Shown: positions 1 to 12,765 of the stretch, one piece after another
Layout: each line of letters begins with the position of its first letter
How positions within the stretch are numbered: the first letter of the stretch is position 1
Assembly (NCBI RefSeq): GCF_963921235.1
Contig: NC_086109.1
Location: 12,710,001-12,774,000, forward strand
DNA length: 64,000 nucleotides
Source: Mobula hypostoma
Taxonomy: Eukaryota
Direction of reading: 5' to 3'
Notes under the pieces: generated by a model
The model's database searches: none
Seen by the model: the letters and a program-made list of their open reading frames with translations, nothing else
Told to the model about the DNA's origin: nothing
Translations under genes and position numbers: made by a program

Positions 1-9
1 ATCCTCCAG

Positions 10-251
10 GTTCGGGGGATTCGCTCAGGACTGACAAGCCTGACTGGTTAAACAAAATCGTCATGGAAACAGGAATGAAAAATCCTTCTCCATCAGAGTT
101 TGACAGTATTGCTCGGTCTCTACCTGAGACTTGCATGACTGACGGCAGTGAAAACCGAGATGAATCTACTGACACAATGAAGGAAGCCCCGAACACTGCC
201 AGAGTTAGGAGACCTTCATTGCTGCCCGAAACACCAGTCGTGTAACAGACA
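10..251 (+). CDS. Candidate Ser/Thr-rich stalk exon of receptor gene 1 (apparent 1-nt frameshift near its end)
   Basis: Acceptor ctccag| at 9/10, phase-1 frame open GSGDSLRTDKPDW...RRPSLLPE, donor |gtaagt at 252. TAA at 243-245 falls just before the donor; the alternative frame reads ...NTSRVTD and ends in phase 1. Confidence 0.35.
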
Positions 252-514
252 GTAAGTAAGAAAGCTTGGAATCTTAGAAATAATATGAAGGGTGAAACAG
301 ATAAGACTGGGATTAGGAAAGATTTCTTCTCCCAGAATGTGGTGAACATGTATTGAAGAAAGATTGAGTTATTTTTCTCAGAGGTAGAGAGATCAAGAGA
401 TTTGAGAAACAAAAGACCTTGCCTTTTCATTGAGAAAACCTCCTGCATTATCCTATTGGATAAAAAGTGTACTTGAACCATTATCTCCCTGTATCCAAAT
501 TGCCAGTAAATGTA

Positions 515-830
515 ATTGGCTGCACAGGAGCACAGCAATTACTGTAACAGTATTACAGCGCCAGCGATCAGTGATCAGGGTCCAATTCCCACCACTGTTT
601 GCAAGTTGTTCGTACGTTCTCCCAGCGACTGTGTGGGTTTCCTCCGGGTGCCACAGTTTCCTCCCACGTTCCAGAGATGCACAAGTTAGGATGAGTAAGT
701 CCTGTGCAAGCCATTTTGGTGCTAGAAGCATAGAACCCTTGCAGGCTGCCCCCAGCACAAACTCTGTTGGTCGCTGTTGTAAACAATACATTTGACTGCA
801 TGATCTGATGTACGTGTGACAAATAAATCT
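515..830 (+). mobile_element. V-SINE (HE1-like) tRNA-derived SINE
   Basis: Core tgtgggtttcctccgggtgccacagtttcctcccac matches the V-SINE central domain. Confidence 0.65.
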
Positions 831-971
831 CATATTTAATCTTTAAATGTGCATCAGGTAATAGATCACCTTTTGTCCACCATGTTCAAGTACTTATTGG
901 TCTAACAATTGTGCTCTCTTGTTCTTGCAAGTACAAAGCAGATGAAATTTTATTTTATTTTCTTTTAACAG

Positions 972-1050
972 GGAGAATTGATTTCTGTGAAAATACTGTG
1001 ACAGAATTGATGACAACTGCACAAAGGAAAGAAACTACTTCAGCTGAAAT
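972..1050 (+). CDS. Stalk exon of CD300/MDIR-like receptor gene 1 (RIDFCENTVTELMTTAQRKETTSAE)
   Basis: Long polypyrimidine tract plus aacag acceptor; open phase 1 to phase 2; weak donor gtaaag; the phase matches the TM exon at 6835. Confidence 0.55.
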
Positions 1051-1324
1051 GTAAAGTATAAGGTTTTCGCTGCAGGGGGTTTCACTGCTACTGCTTTCAA
1101 GTACAGCCAGTTGGGAGAGAAATGTGTTTTTCTTTAACTAGTGTTTATCATATTTGACCTGATTAACTTCAACAAACTCATATCTTGGAAACTGAGTATT
1201 CCTGATTTTCTTGAACATGCATCAAGCCTGAGATCAAAGATAAATTTCTTTTCCCCAAATATTTAATAATTTAAGCATAGCAGTTGAAACTCGTGTAGAA
1301 TCATAAAGTCTTTGTTATATATTA

Positions 1325-2345
1325 GAACAACAGGCCCTTCAGCCTGACTCGTCCAAGCCAACCAAGATGTCCATCTAAGTTCAGCACGTTTAATTTTATT
1401 TATTCCACATCCTTCTCTGCCAAGGGCTCCCAACCTGGGGTCAAGTCCAGTCCAGTCCAGTCAATTCAAGTTTATTGTCATTTAACTATATAAATGTATA
1501 CTGTCCAGTGAGACACTGTTTCTCCAAACCAAGGTGTAAAGCACTGCAGTATACATAATGCTTAATAACTTATGAAAGTGAGAATGAAATCCACAGATTA
1601 ATTACACATAAATAAACAAACTGAAGTGCATGAATTAAGTATTGTCAGGCCCAGGGCATAAAAAAGTTTGTGAACCCCTGTTCTAAGCCTTTCCTATCCA
1701 CATATCTGTCAAAATGTCTTTTAACCTTTGTAACTGTATCCACTTCTATGGATCGCTGTGGCAGCTTGCTCCATATACCCAAGACCCTCTGTATATAAAG
1801 TTGCTCCTTAGGTCCTTTCCCTACTCAATTTTAGCCTGCACCTGCTCATTGTAAAATGACAGTGATCATTCACCTTATCGATGCCCCTCATGATTTTATA
1901 TACCTCTGTTAAATGACCCGTCAGCATTCTAAGCTCCAGGGCAAAAGTCTCAGCCTATCCAACCCTCCATTATAACTCTAGCCCTCCATTCTCAGGATTG
2001 TCCTCATGATTTTTCTGCTGCACCCTTTCCAGTCTAATGATATCTTTCCTATAACCAGGAGACCACAACTGCAAATGGTATTTGAAGAGTGGTCTCACTA
2101 ACATCTTGTACAGCCATAACATCATATAATAATCTTGTACTCAGTGCCCTGGCCAACAAAGTAAATGTACCAAATGCCTTCTTCAATACCCTGTTTACCC
2201 GTGTCACCACTTTCAGGTAACAATGTACCTGGAAGCCTCGATCTCTTTTCTAGAATATTCTCCTACCATTTTACTGTGTATGTCTTGACCTGGTTTAACT
2301 TATTAAAATTCAAACCCTGCAATTTGAAAAATCCCACTACAACCC
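1325..2345 (-). mobile_element. Degenerate CR1-type LINE 3' part, interrupted by a Rex/L2-type 3' end at about 1440-1650
   Basis: Reverse-complement similarity to CR1 3' sequence elsewhere in the window; the insert begins with a (AGTCC)n tail like 18370-18385. Confidence 0.55.
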
Positions 2346-2419
2346 ACTATCTCCTTCCACCAAGCCAATGTTATATTTAATTAGGTACCTCACCCTGAAT
2401 CCCATGTTGATCTAAACCT

Positions 2420-4110
2420 CTGGAGCAGTGTACATCTGGGTCCTTGTTAAAGGCCTTACTTACGTTCGTGTAGACAACATCCATTGCCCTACCTTCATTA
2501 ATCCTTTTGCCTATAATGAGCTGTTTGGGCCTGTGCAGGGAGCCGGAGAGCATTGAGCTCCGAAGTTTTTAGAGCACCTGAATTATTTACTTGTACTTTA
2601 ACAAGAGTTGTTAATCCATTAGCGTTCCTTGGGTTTTCCTTAAGTGACTCACTCTTTGTAATACGGACCCTGATGCTTTCTGTTTAAACTTGTTCAGCCA
2701 ACCCACTGATACTCTGTTGGAATTCCTATGAATAAACTTTGGCCTCCGTCTCCACATTGGAGTCTGGATTTCCTGTACAATTGGGTTCCAACATTGCCAG
2801 CGTACATCGTGACACTGTCACTTCTTCAAAAAGCTCATTCATATTTGTGAGATCTGATTTCCCATGCTGTCTATCCCTAATCAGTCCTTGCTTATCCAAC
2901 TGCTGGTTGACTCTGTTCCTCAAAATCCTCTCCTGTAATGTTCCAACCACTGATGTTGGTCTCACTGGCTTGCAACTTCCTGCTGTGCCTTTGTACCTGT
3001 TTTTAATAAAGACACAACATTTGCCTTCGATCCTCCGGACTTCTGTTACCTCATTTGTGGTAACGCTGATGCAAGTATCGCTGCCAAGGCATTAGTCATT
3101 TCCACCCTAGCTTCTCATAATACCCTGGGCTACACTTGCTCAGGCTCTACGAAATTATCCAAAAACTGTATTCCTCAACACTGACAACAACCCCTCTTTT
3201 GTAATGATAATATATTCCAAGAGAACACTATTCATTTCCCTTAATTGCTTATTTTCCATGGCCTGCTCCACAGTAAATAGAGATGAGAAATATTCATTTG
3301 AGACCTCACTGGTCTCCTATAGCTCCACATATGGATGATCACATTAATCTTTGAAGGATCAGCTGTTCCTCTCTCCACAGTTGCCATCTGACATGCTGAG
3401 CGTTCCTAGCACTTTCCTGTGAATATATCGGGTATTGATCATTTAGGGAATATCTCTTTGGAAAAGAATGCACTCCTTTTGTTCAGATCTTTGCAACGAA
3501 CAGTGACTAGGGCATAATACTATACTGAAAGTAATTGTCTAGTTTGTTAGAGAGAGAGAGACAGAGACAGAGAGAGAAGACAGGAAATACATCATGGGGG
3601 ATAGTCAAATAACTAGTTATCATAATTTACAGCCAATGAGGTATATTCTGTCAGCTGGTGATTTGGAATCTGCAAGGACATTATTTTACAATCAACCCTA
3701 CTTCCCTATATAATAATAATTAATCTCTCCCTTAATACACTTTTCCTTTTAGTAGACTTGTAAATCTCTCAGAAATCTCTATTACCTTATCTGCTTGAAT
3801 TATCTCATATCCTCTATTTGCTTTCCTGATCTCTTTTAATTGTATACCTACATCTCTTATATTCCTCAAGGGATTCTCTTGATCCCAGCTGCCTATACTG
3901 TCAAATGCATAGTTTTTCCTGACCAGTATCTCAGTATCCCTTGTCAACCAGGATTTCCTAATCCTGCCTGTCTTGCACTACACTCTTACAGGAACATATC
4001 ATTCCTGAACTCTCCGGATTTGCACTGGAATGGAAATGGTGTCATGCTTACATCACACTGTTATGTTATATCCTTGGTGAGGAAATTAGAATAAATTCCT
4101 CCATTTGCCA
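2420..4110 (-). mobile_element. Degenerate CR1 ORF2 fragments (RT and endonuclease region)
   Basis: Minus ORF 2726-2965 RPTSVVGTLQERILRNRVNQQLDKQGLIRDRQHGK aligns to CR1 RT; (AG)n at about 3548-3580. Confidence 0.55.
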
Positions 4111-4381
4111 TGATTCAGAGGGTGCTCCCTGTAGTGTTTACTATGACAGTTCCATGACTAACTATCCCATGGCTTAAGTTGAATTGTACTTGCCAAGCTC
4201 TTGCAATGCTCCTTTACCACTGGTGCCACAGCAGAGAAAGTCACCGCAAGAGAAACTTCCTGTTGAACTGCAGGCTGAGGGCATCACACTTCAAGTTATT
4301 TCTCTAAGTGCTGGAAGTGTTCCTAAATGGCATGAACAGTAGTTACTCTTCAACCAACATCACTATCATTGGTCATGATCT

Positions 4382-6632
4382 CCTAACCTTATTATTAAAC
4401 CCGCCGATAAGGGCGGTGCTGTTGTAGTCTGGCGTACTGACCTCTACCTTGCCAAGGCACAGCGACAACTCGCGGATACCTCCTCTTATTTACCCCTCGA
4501 TCGTGACCCCACTAAGGAGCACCAGGCCATTGTCTCCCACACCATCACCGACTTTATCCGCTCAGGGGATCTCCCATCCACTGCTACCAACCTTATAGTT
4601 CCCACACCTCGCACTTCCCGTTTCTACCTCCTACCCAAGATCCACAAACCTGCCTGTCCTGGCCGACCTTTTGTCTCAGCTTGCTCCTGCCCCACCGAAC
4701 TCGTTTCTGCATACCTCAACACGGTTTTATCCCCCCTTGTTCAATCCCTTCCCACCTATGTTCGTGACACTTCTCACGCTCTTAAACTTTTCAATGATTT
4801 TAAGCTCCCTGGCCCCCACCGCTTTATTTTCACCATGGATGTCCAGTCCCTATATACTTCCATCCCCCATCAGGAAGGTCTCAAAGCTCTACGCTTCTTT
4901 TTGGATTCCAGACCTAATCAGTTCCCCTCTACCACCACTCTGCTCCGTCTAGCAGAATTAGTCCTTACTCTTAATAATTTCTGCTTTGGCTCCTCCCACT
5001 TCCTCCAAACTAAAGGTGTAGCTATGGGCACCCGTATGGGTCCTAGCTATGCCTGCCTTTTTGTTGGGTTTGTGGAACAATCTATGTTCCATGCCTATTC
5101 TGGTATCTGTCCCCCACTTTTCCTTCGCTACATTGACAACTGCATTGGCGCTGCTTCCTGCACGCATGCAGAACTCGTTGACTTTATTAACTTTGCCTCC
5201 AACTTTCACCCTGCCCTCAAGTTTACCTGGTCCATTTCCAACACCTCCCTCCCCTTTCTAGATCTTTCTGTCTCTGTCTCTGGAGACAGCTTATCCACTG
5301 ATGTCTACTATAAGCCTACTGACTCTCACAGCTATCTGGACTATTCCTCTTGTCACCCTGTCTCTTGCAAAAACGCCATCCCCTTCTCACAATTCCTCCG
5401 TCTCCACCGCATCTGCTCTCAGGATGAGGCTTTTCATTCTAGAACGAGGGAGATGTCTTCCTTTTTTAAAGAAAGGGGCTTCCCTTCCTCCACTATCAAC
5501 TCTGCTCTTAAACGCATCTCCCCCATTTCACGTACATCTGCTCTCACTCCATCCTCCCGCCACCCCACTAGGAATAGGGTTCCCCGGTCCTCACCTACCA
5601 CCCCACCAGCCTCCGAGTCCAACATATTATTCTCCGTAACTTCTGCCACCTCCAACGGGATCCCACCACTAAGCACATCTTTCCCTCCCCACCTCTCTCT
5701 GCATTCCGCAGGGATCGTTCCCTACGCAACTCCCTTGTCCATTCGTCCCCCCCATCCCTCCCCACTGATCTCCCTCCTGGCACTTATCCATGTAAACGGA
5801 ACAAGTGCTACACATGCCCTTACACTTCCTCCCTTACCACCATTCAGGGCCCCAAACAGTCCTTCCAGGTGAGGCAACACTTCACCTGTGAGTCGGCTTG
5901 GGTGATATACTGTGTCCGGTGCTCCCGATGTGGCCTTTTATATATTGGTGAGACCCGACGCAGACTGGGAGACCGCTTTGCTGAACAGCTACACTCTGTC
6001 CGCCAGAGAAAACAGGATCTCCCAGTGGCCACACATTTTAATTCCACATCCCATTCCCATTCTGACATGTCTATCCACGGCCTCCTCTACTGTAAAGATG
6101 AAGCCACACTCAGGTTGGAGGAACAACACCTTATATTCCGACTGGGTAGCCCCCAACCTGATGGCATGAACATCGACTTCTCTAACTTCCGCTAATGCCC
6201 CATCTCCCCCTCGTACCCCATCTGTTACTTATTTTTATACACACATTCTTTCTCTCACTCTCCTTTTTCTCCCTCTGTCCCTCTGAATATACCCTTGCCC
6301 ATCCTCTGGGTCCCACCCCCCACCCTGTCTTTCTTCTCGGACCTGCTGTCCCATGATCCTCTCGTATCCCTTTTGCCTATCACCTGTCCAGCTCTTGGCT
6401 CCATCCCTCCCCCTCCTGTCTTCTCCTATCATTTTGGATCTCCCCGTCCCCCTCCAACTTTCAAATCCCTTACTCACTCTTCCTTCAGTTAGTCCTGACA
6501 AAGGGTCTCGGCCTGAAACGTCGACTGCACCTCTTCCTAGAGATGCTGCCTGGCCTGCTGCATTCACCAGCAACTTTTATGTGTGTTGCTTGAATTTCCA
6601 GCATCTGCAGAATTCCTGTTGTTTGCGTTTTT
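4382..6632 (+). mobile_element. Penelope-like retroelement, 5'-truncated, RT plus GIY-YIG endonuclease, one frameshift
   Basis: Frame open from IIKPADKGGAVVVW through MDVQSLYTSIP, GVAMGTRMGPSYA and YIDN to about 5585; the shifted frame continues to C..C...LYIGET (GIY-YIG) ending 6195; 3' terminal repeat 6200-6632. Confidence 0.92.
6491..6526 (+). ncRNA. Minimal type I hammerhead-ribozyme-like motif in the PLE terminal repeat (core variant CUGACAA)
   Basis: AGTC-CTGACAA-AGG(gtctcgg)CCT-GAA-ACGT-C-GACT: stem I, core, stem II, palindromic stem III, GUC site. Confidence 0.6.
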
Positions 6633-6834
6633 CATGATCTCCTGTCTACTTGTGAGACCTTGCAGCAAGCAGATTGGCTGTTACAAGTTCCCACACAGTC
6701 AACAGTGTCTGCTGTTCATTTTCTGAGCTACAGATATCCTGAACTCATGAAAAATGCTGTGTAAATGTCAGACTTTACAAATGGCCAAGAATAATGGTGA
6801 ACCAGGACTGACTCTTTCCTATTCTTTACCACAG

Positions 6835-6926
6835 ACACACTTACACAACTGTGCTCAGTGTTGTTGGGATCCTACTCATACTACTTGCCGTTTGTCTACT
6901 TTGCTACCTGAAGAGAAAAAACAGGG
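6835..6926 (+). CDS. Transmembrane exon, receptor gene 1 (HTYTTVLSVVGILLILLAVCLLCYLKRKNR)
   Basis: Acceptor tttaccacag, donor gtaggt; hydrophobic run of about 20 residues without charge, followed by a KRKNR stop-transfer; phase 2 to 1. Confidence 0.85.
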
Positions 6927-7460
6927 GTAGGTATCTTTTTTTCCTTTCATTATTTCACAATAAATACGATAGCTAGCAACTGAATCTTAATGAACTTGAT
7001 CTGGCTGCAGCCAACAAAAAGCCAGGATTAGAGTGTTGATGTGTTGGTTTACAACACATGAATGAATGGTGTTGCTTCCACTGTAACCTGGTGACTCCAT
7101 TATTCCTGAAACATCAGGCGATGGAATCTCCCCTCAACTGTGGAATGGCAGAGTACCAAGAGGCTGGGTAGAAGAAAGATTTAGATGGTCTCACCTGTTG
7201 TACTCCATTTTGGGGAATTAGCTGTTGTATTTGAAAGTGTATTCAATAAGTTGTTCCTCAGTACAATCCCCAATTGAATACAATCATTTGGGCAATGTAT
7301 GTATAAAATCATTCTCTTGTGTAATTCTTAAAAAAAAGATCAGATGTATCTTTTACCTATCTACCACCCACTGCATATTACTGGAGAAAATTCCCTGCTC
7401 TTGTTGGACAAAGTTACTGTAGATTAAGTCATGGGTCTGCTTTATTGAGATGATCCTGAG

Positions 7461-7775
7461 ATGGGCACCACAGTGGCATAGAGGTTAGAGCGAAGCAATT
7501 ACAGCTCGGGGCATTTTAGAGTTTGCAGATCAACTCTGGTGCCATTCTGTAAGGAGTCTGTACATCCTCCCTGTGGAATGTGTGGGTTTTCTCCCGTTGA
7601 TCTGGTTTCCTCCCACAGTCCAAAGATGTACCACATAGGTTAATTGGTCATTGTAAATTGTCCTGTGATTTGGTTGGGGCTAATCGGGTTTGTCGGGGGT
7701 TGCTGTGCAGGTATGGTTTGAAGGGTCAGAACGGCCTAACCGTCGCTGCACCACTAAATAAATATACAAATAAAC
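7461..7775 (+). mobile_element. V-SINE (HE1-like)
   Basis: tRNA-like head gtggcatagaggttagagc and core gtgggttttctcccgttgatctggtttcctcccacagtccaaaga. Confidence 0.7.
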
Positions 7776-7867
7776 AAACAAATCAATACATAAATAAATA
7801 AGTAATCTTGCATTTCTTAAATAGACTTTGTAAACCAGTAAAGAGAACTGTGAGTACTGTACAGTGA

Positions 7868-8990
7868 TAAGAACATAAGAAATAGGAGCAGGAGTAGGCC
7901 ATCCAGCCCATCGAGCCTGCCCCACCATTCAATACGATCATGGCTGATCTGTCCGTAAACTCTACTCCATCTACCTGCCTTTTCCCCATAACCCTTAATT
8001 CCCTTACTATGTAAAAACCTATCTAACTGTTTCTTAAATATATTTAGTGAGGAAGCCTCAACTGCTTCCCTGGGCAGAGAATTCCACTCTCTGGGAAAAA
8101 CAGTTTTTCCTCATCTCCATCCTAAATCTTCTCCCTTAAATCTTGAGGCAATGTACCCTAGTTCTAGTCTCAACTACCAATGGAAACAATTTACCTACTT
8201 CTATCTTATCTATCCATTTCAAAATTTTGTATGTTTCTATAAGATCCCCTCTCATTCTTCTGAACTCCAGACAGTATAGTCCCAGGCAACTCAATCTCTC
8301 CTCATAGGTTAACTCCTTCATCCCTGGAAGCAACCTGATGAATCTCCTCTGCACTGCCTCCACAAGCCAGTATATCCTTCCTAAAGTATGGAGACCAGAA
8401 CTGCACACAGTACTCCAGGTGCGGCCTCACCAGTACCCTGTATAGTTGCAGCATGACCGCCCTGCTCTTGAATTTAATCCCTCTAGCAATGAAGGCCAAC
8501 ATTCCGTTTGCCTTCTTCATAATCTATTGTACCTGCAAGCCAACTTTTGCGATTTATGAACAAGCACTCCCAAGTCCCTCTGCACAACAGCATACTGCAA
8601 TCTTTCACCATTTAAATAATAATCTGCTCTTCTATTATTTATTACAAAGTGGATGATCTCACATTTACCAACATTGTATTCCATCTGCCAGACTTTGGCC
8701 CACTCATTTAACCTACCTATATCCCTCTGCAGACTCTCCACATCCTCTGTACAATTTGCTTTTTCACTCAGTTTAGTGTCATCAGCAAATTTTGCTATGC
8801 TACACTCTGTCCCCTCTTTAAAATCATCAATGTAAATGGTAAACAGCTGCAGGCCCAGCACCGACCCCTGCGGCATCCCACTCACCACTGACTGCCAACA
8901 GGAGAAACACCCATTTATACCAACTCTCTGCCTTCTATTGGTTAACCAATCCACTATTCATGCCAATACACTTCCTCATCTGTGTATTAT
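7868..8990 (-). mobile_element. 5'-truncated CR1/HER1-like LINE
   Basis: Minus ORFs 8517-8954, 8302-8520 and 8136-8408 give RT (QGSVLG, FADDTKL); (CATAAGAA)-type 3' tail at 7868. Confidence 0.9.
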
Positions 8991-10659
8991 TATTACATGT
9001 GGAAATGGGGTTGAGCACTGGAAAATAAAGCCCCTGCAGCCTCCAAGTGATCAATCGATGGAATATACCTCATTGGCTGAAAGTAATGATAACTGCCCCA
9101 CATGATCTATTTCCTGTCTTTTCTCTCTGTCTACAACAAACCAGACAATTACATTCAGCGTAGTATTATACCCTAGTCACTGTTTATTGCGAAGTTCTGC
9201 AAAAAAGGGATTAAATTCTTTTCCAAAGAGAAATTCCCTCAATGGTCAATACCTGAGATACAGGCAGAAAAGTGCTAGGAGTGCTCAACATGTCAGATGG
9301 CAGCTGTGGAGAGAGGAACAGCTGATCCTTCAAGGCAATGACCTTACATCAGAACTGGAAAATGTGAGTGGTAGCAAGTCTTGAGGTGCAGAGGAAGTAC
9401 AGAAGGAAGCATAATAGAGGGTTTCTGGTAGGGGATAAGGCAGAAAAAAATACGTCAGAAAAGATGACGTGTGAAGCAAAAGGTGGGTGGTAATAGGATT
9501 AATGAAGATTTAAAGATGGGTGGGCTTTGAGATTTGATATCTTCATTGGTGACATTATCCTCATCAGTAACAGAGTGTACCGTTCTTGATTTCCTCTGAC
9601 ATTTCTCTTTATATTGTTAACTACTATTTATTTAAAAAATGGGACAGGCCTTGGGAAATAAAATCTGTTCACAATTCAACTTCCAGTGTTCTGCCCTCAC
9701 TCAAGAGTCTTCTCCATTTTCTTAGGGTAGGTAGATAAGTAAATAGGTAAACTCCAACCCAGGTGTAGTTGTAGTTTGAAGGCTGTTTTATTGTTTACCA
9801 GCACATTACAGTATGCAAGGAGCTGAGTAAAAAGACAGTGTTTCTAGCTGTTCTCACGAGAGATGGATTTAAATATTGATTAAGGTTCTTTTGACTCGTA
9901 ACAGGGTGCTTCTGACAAATGAATGAATAAGTATACAAGCAATTATAAAATGGCTGACCTGATGTCAAAGGTCAATTGCTTAGAAACACAGTAATAATTA
10001 ATGAACAACTGCTGTAACTTACAAGTAAACAGTGATACCTGGTGGCTCGAAATAAAATGGCAAACCAAATTGGCGGGGGGGGGGCGGTGACATAACATCC
10101 ACTAATATTCTAAGGCTATCAAAACTGTTCATTGAGGATGGGACATTCCTATTCTGTATGACCTGGTGAGAAAACAGATGAAATTGTTGTTCTTAGTGTT
10201 AAATTTGAAAAGAGGTTTTATGGCCACTTGGAAAATGAGATGATTTTTATTTTGGGCAGTTTGTTCCTTCTTCCTGAGGGACAATCTACCACAGAGTCCT
10301 GGACAGATCAATGAGGTGTTCATGGGACAGTGTGAATATTGTCAGGTAATCTGCTCCATCATATTGTGAAGAAGAAATATTATCTAATACACACACAGGC
10401 AATGTAAGAAATGCTCAGTAAATCAGACAGAATCTGTAGCGATAAAAAGAAAATTTAAATTTCAGATCTGAAATCTTCATTACAATATTCAAAGATGGAA
10501 AACATTAGTTTTCAGTAGCAGAACAGGTGAAGGGTGAAACAATATGATCCTTTCTGGAGACCCAATCAGCAGCAGGAGCAAAGCACAGTGACGAGGTTTC
10601 TTGCAAGTCAGTGACGCTTGTTTAAAAGGAGAGCTGCAGGCATTTTGACAGGAGCAAAG

Positions 10660-11665
10660 CACAGTGACTCCTGGTGTTCCACAGGGGTCAGTGTTATTAC
10701 TGCTTATTTTAAGCTTTTTGCCAATGATTTAGGTGAATGAATAGATGGCTTTGTTGCCTAGTTTGCAGATAGTACAAAGATTGGAGGGGCAGGTAATGTT
10801 GAGGAAACAGGTAGGCTGCAGAAGAACTTAGACATGAGGAGAATAGACAAGAAAGTGGCAAATGATATACAATGTTGGAAAAAGCATGGTCATGCATTCT
10901 TGTAGTATAAATAAATGTAAAGACTGTTTTCCAAATGGGGAGAACATCCAAAAATCTGAGATGCAAAAGGACTTGGGAGTCTTGTGCAGAGCAACCTAAA
11001 GGTTAACTTGCAGGTTGAGTCGGTGGTGAGGAAGGTAAATGCAATGTTAGCATTCATTTCAAGAGGTCGAGAATACAAGAGCAGAAATGTGATACTGAGG
11101 CTTTATAAAGAACTGCTGAGGCCTCACCTAGAGTATTGTGAACAGCTTTCGGCTCCTTAGCTAAGAAAAAATGTGCTGGCATTGGAGAGGATCCAGAGAA
11201 GATTCACAAGGATGGTTCCAGGAATGGAAGGGTTATCATACAAGGAATGTTTAATGGCTCTGGGTCTGTACTCTCTGGAATTTAGAAGGATGAGGAGGGA
11301 TCTCATTGAACCCTTCAAATGTTGAAAGGCCTGGACAGAGCAGATGCTTCCCATGGTGAGGGAATCTAGGACAAGATGGCACAGTCTCAGCATAGAGGGG
11401 CGCCCATTTAAAACAGATGTAGAGAATTTTCTTTAGCCAGAAGGTGGTGTATTTGTGGAATTTGATACTACATGCATCTGTGGAGGTCAAGTCGTTGGGT
11501 CTATTTAAGGCAGTGATTGAAGAGTTCTTGATTAGACACGGCATCAAAGGTTATGTGAGAAGGCTGGGAAATGGGGTTGAGGAGGGGACAAAAGGATCAG
11601 CCATGAATGAATGGTTGAGCAGATTCAATGGGCCAAATGGCCTAATTCTGCTCCTGTCTTATGGT
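10660..11665 (+). mobile_element. Degenerate 5'-truncated CR1 LINE
   Basis: gttccacaggggtcagtgtt (QGSV), tttgcagatagtacaaag, and the CR1 3' UTR ending cctaattctgctcctgtcttatggtc. Confidence 0.85.
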
Positions 11666-11762
11666 CTTTCTGAGCATTGTGCAGTAACCAGAGCACAGGT
11701 TTGCTCTGTGTGGAGAATCATTACTGTGTTGCAGCTGGGTTTCCCGCGGTTCTGAGATTCAG

Positions 11763-12015
11763 TATGGGTGCCATGGTAACCTAGCGGTTCGCACAAAGCT
11801 ATTACAGCTCGGGGCACTGGGGAGTTTGCAGTTGGATGCATGGATACAGTCCAGGTCCTCCAGTTTCCTCCCACAGTCCAAAGACGTACCAGGTAGGTGA
11901 ATTAGTCAATGGAAATTGTCCCATGATTAGGATAGGGTTAATCTGGTTGTCGGGGGTTGCTGGGGTGGTGAAGCTCAAAAGGCTGCAAGGGCCGACTCTA
12001 TGCTGTATCAATAAA
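11763..12015 (+). mobile_element. V-SINE (HE1-like)
   Basis: Core cagtttcctcccacagtccaaagacgtacc; similar to 7461-7775. Confidence 0.7.
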
Positions 12016-12077
12016 TAACTAAATGTTTATGTTTATAACAGACTTGGAATTTTTAGCAGTAATGTTGTATTTTCCAG

Positions 12078-12124
12078 AATCCAAGCCCAACCCATCTCAC
12101 AGAGGAGGCAACAATGAAACCCAG
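12078..12124 (+). CDS. First cytoplasmic exon, receptor gene 1 (ESKPNPSHRGGNNETQ)
   Basis: Acceptor ttttccag, donor cag|gtatgg; phase 1 to 0 links the TM exon and the terminal exon in frame. Confidence 0.75.
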
Positions 12125-12564
12125 GTATGGACATGAAGTATAAATTGTCTGAATGCTTCAGAATGTTTAAAAATTGGATTTCATGGGAGTTTACAGTTCA
12201 TTTATCCCCACTAGTCCAGTCTTAATATTTTACACAAACCTCTAAACACCCCTCTCACTGAACCCCATCAGCATATTCTTCCAGTTATTTGTCCCTTTCT
12301 CTTGGGTTCATCCAGCTTTTCCTTAAGTCTGTCCATAATATTTTACGTGAATATTCTTCAAAGTGGCTCCAGTCTTTGTTATCATTACTGAATGGTGAAG
12401 AGTGAGATTGGTCCTTTCTCCACTGCTGGAGATGGAGCGTCTAATTGTGTAAAACTGTTCAATGATTTACCAGATTACATTTTGTGTAGTCAGTCTGTCT
12501 CACACCCTGATGCGAATGTAGGTCTGTTCAGAACAGTAAATTTGGGGTGACACAGTACTGTGTT

Positions 12565-12765
12565 GGTTAGTGATATGCTATCACAGCGACAACGACCTGT
12601 GTTTACTCCGGCTGCTGTCCGTAAGTTCTCCCCGTGATCATGTGGGTGGACCCGTTTCTCCTACATTCGAAAGTAGGTTAATTTGGTCACATGGGTTTAA
12701 TTGGGTAGTACGGGCTTGTTGGGCCAGAATGGCCTGTTTCCATGCTGTATCTCTAAATAAGTAAA
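12565..12765 (+). mobile_element. Degenerate V-SINE with CR1-like 3' tail
   Basis: cgtaagttctccccgtgatcatgtgggtg...gggccagaatggcctgtttccatgctgtatctcta. Confidence 0.5.

Noticed and set aside
430-833. Overlapping 121-126 aa ORFs
   Set aside because: They fall on a V-SINE and have no coding hallmark.
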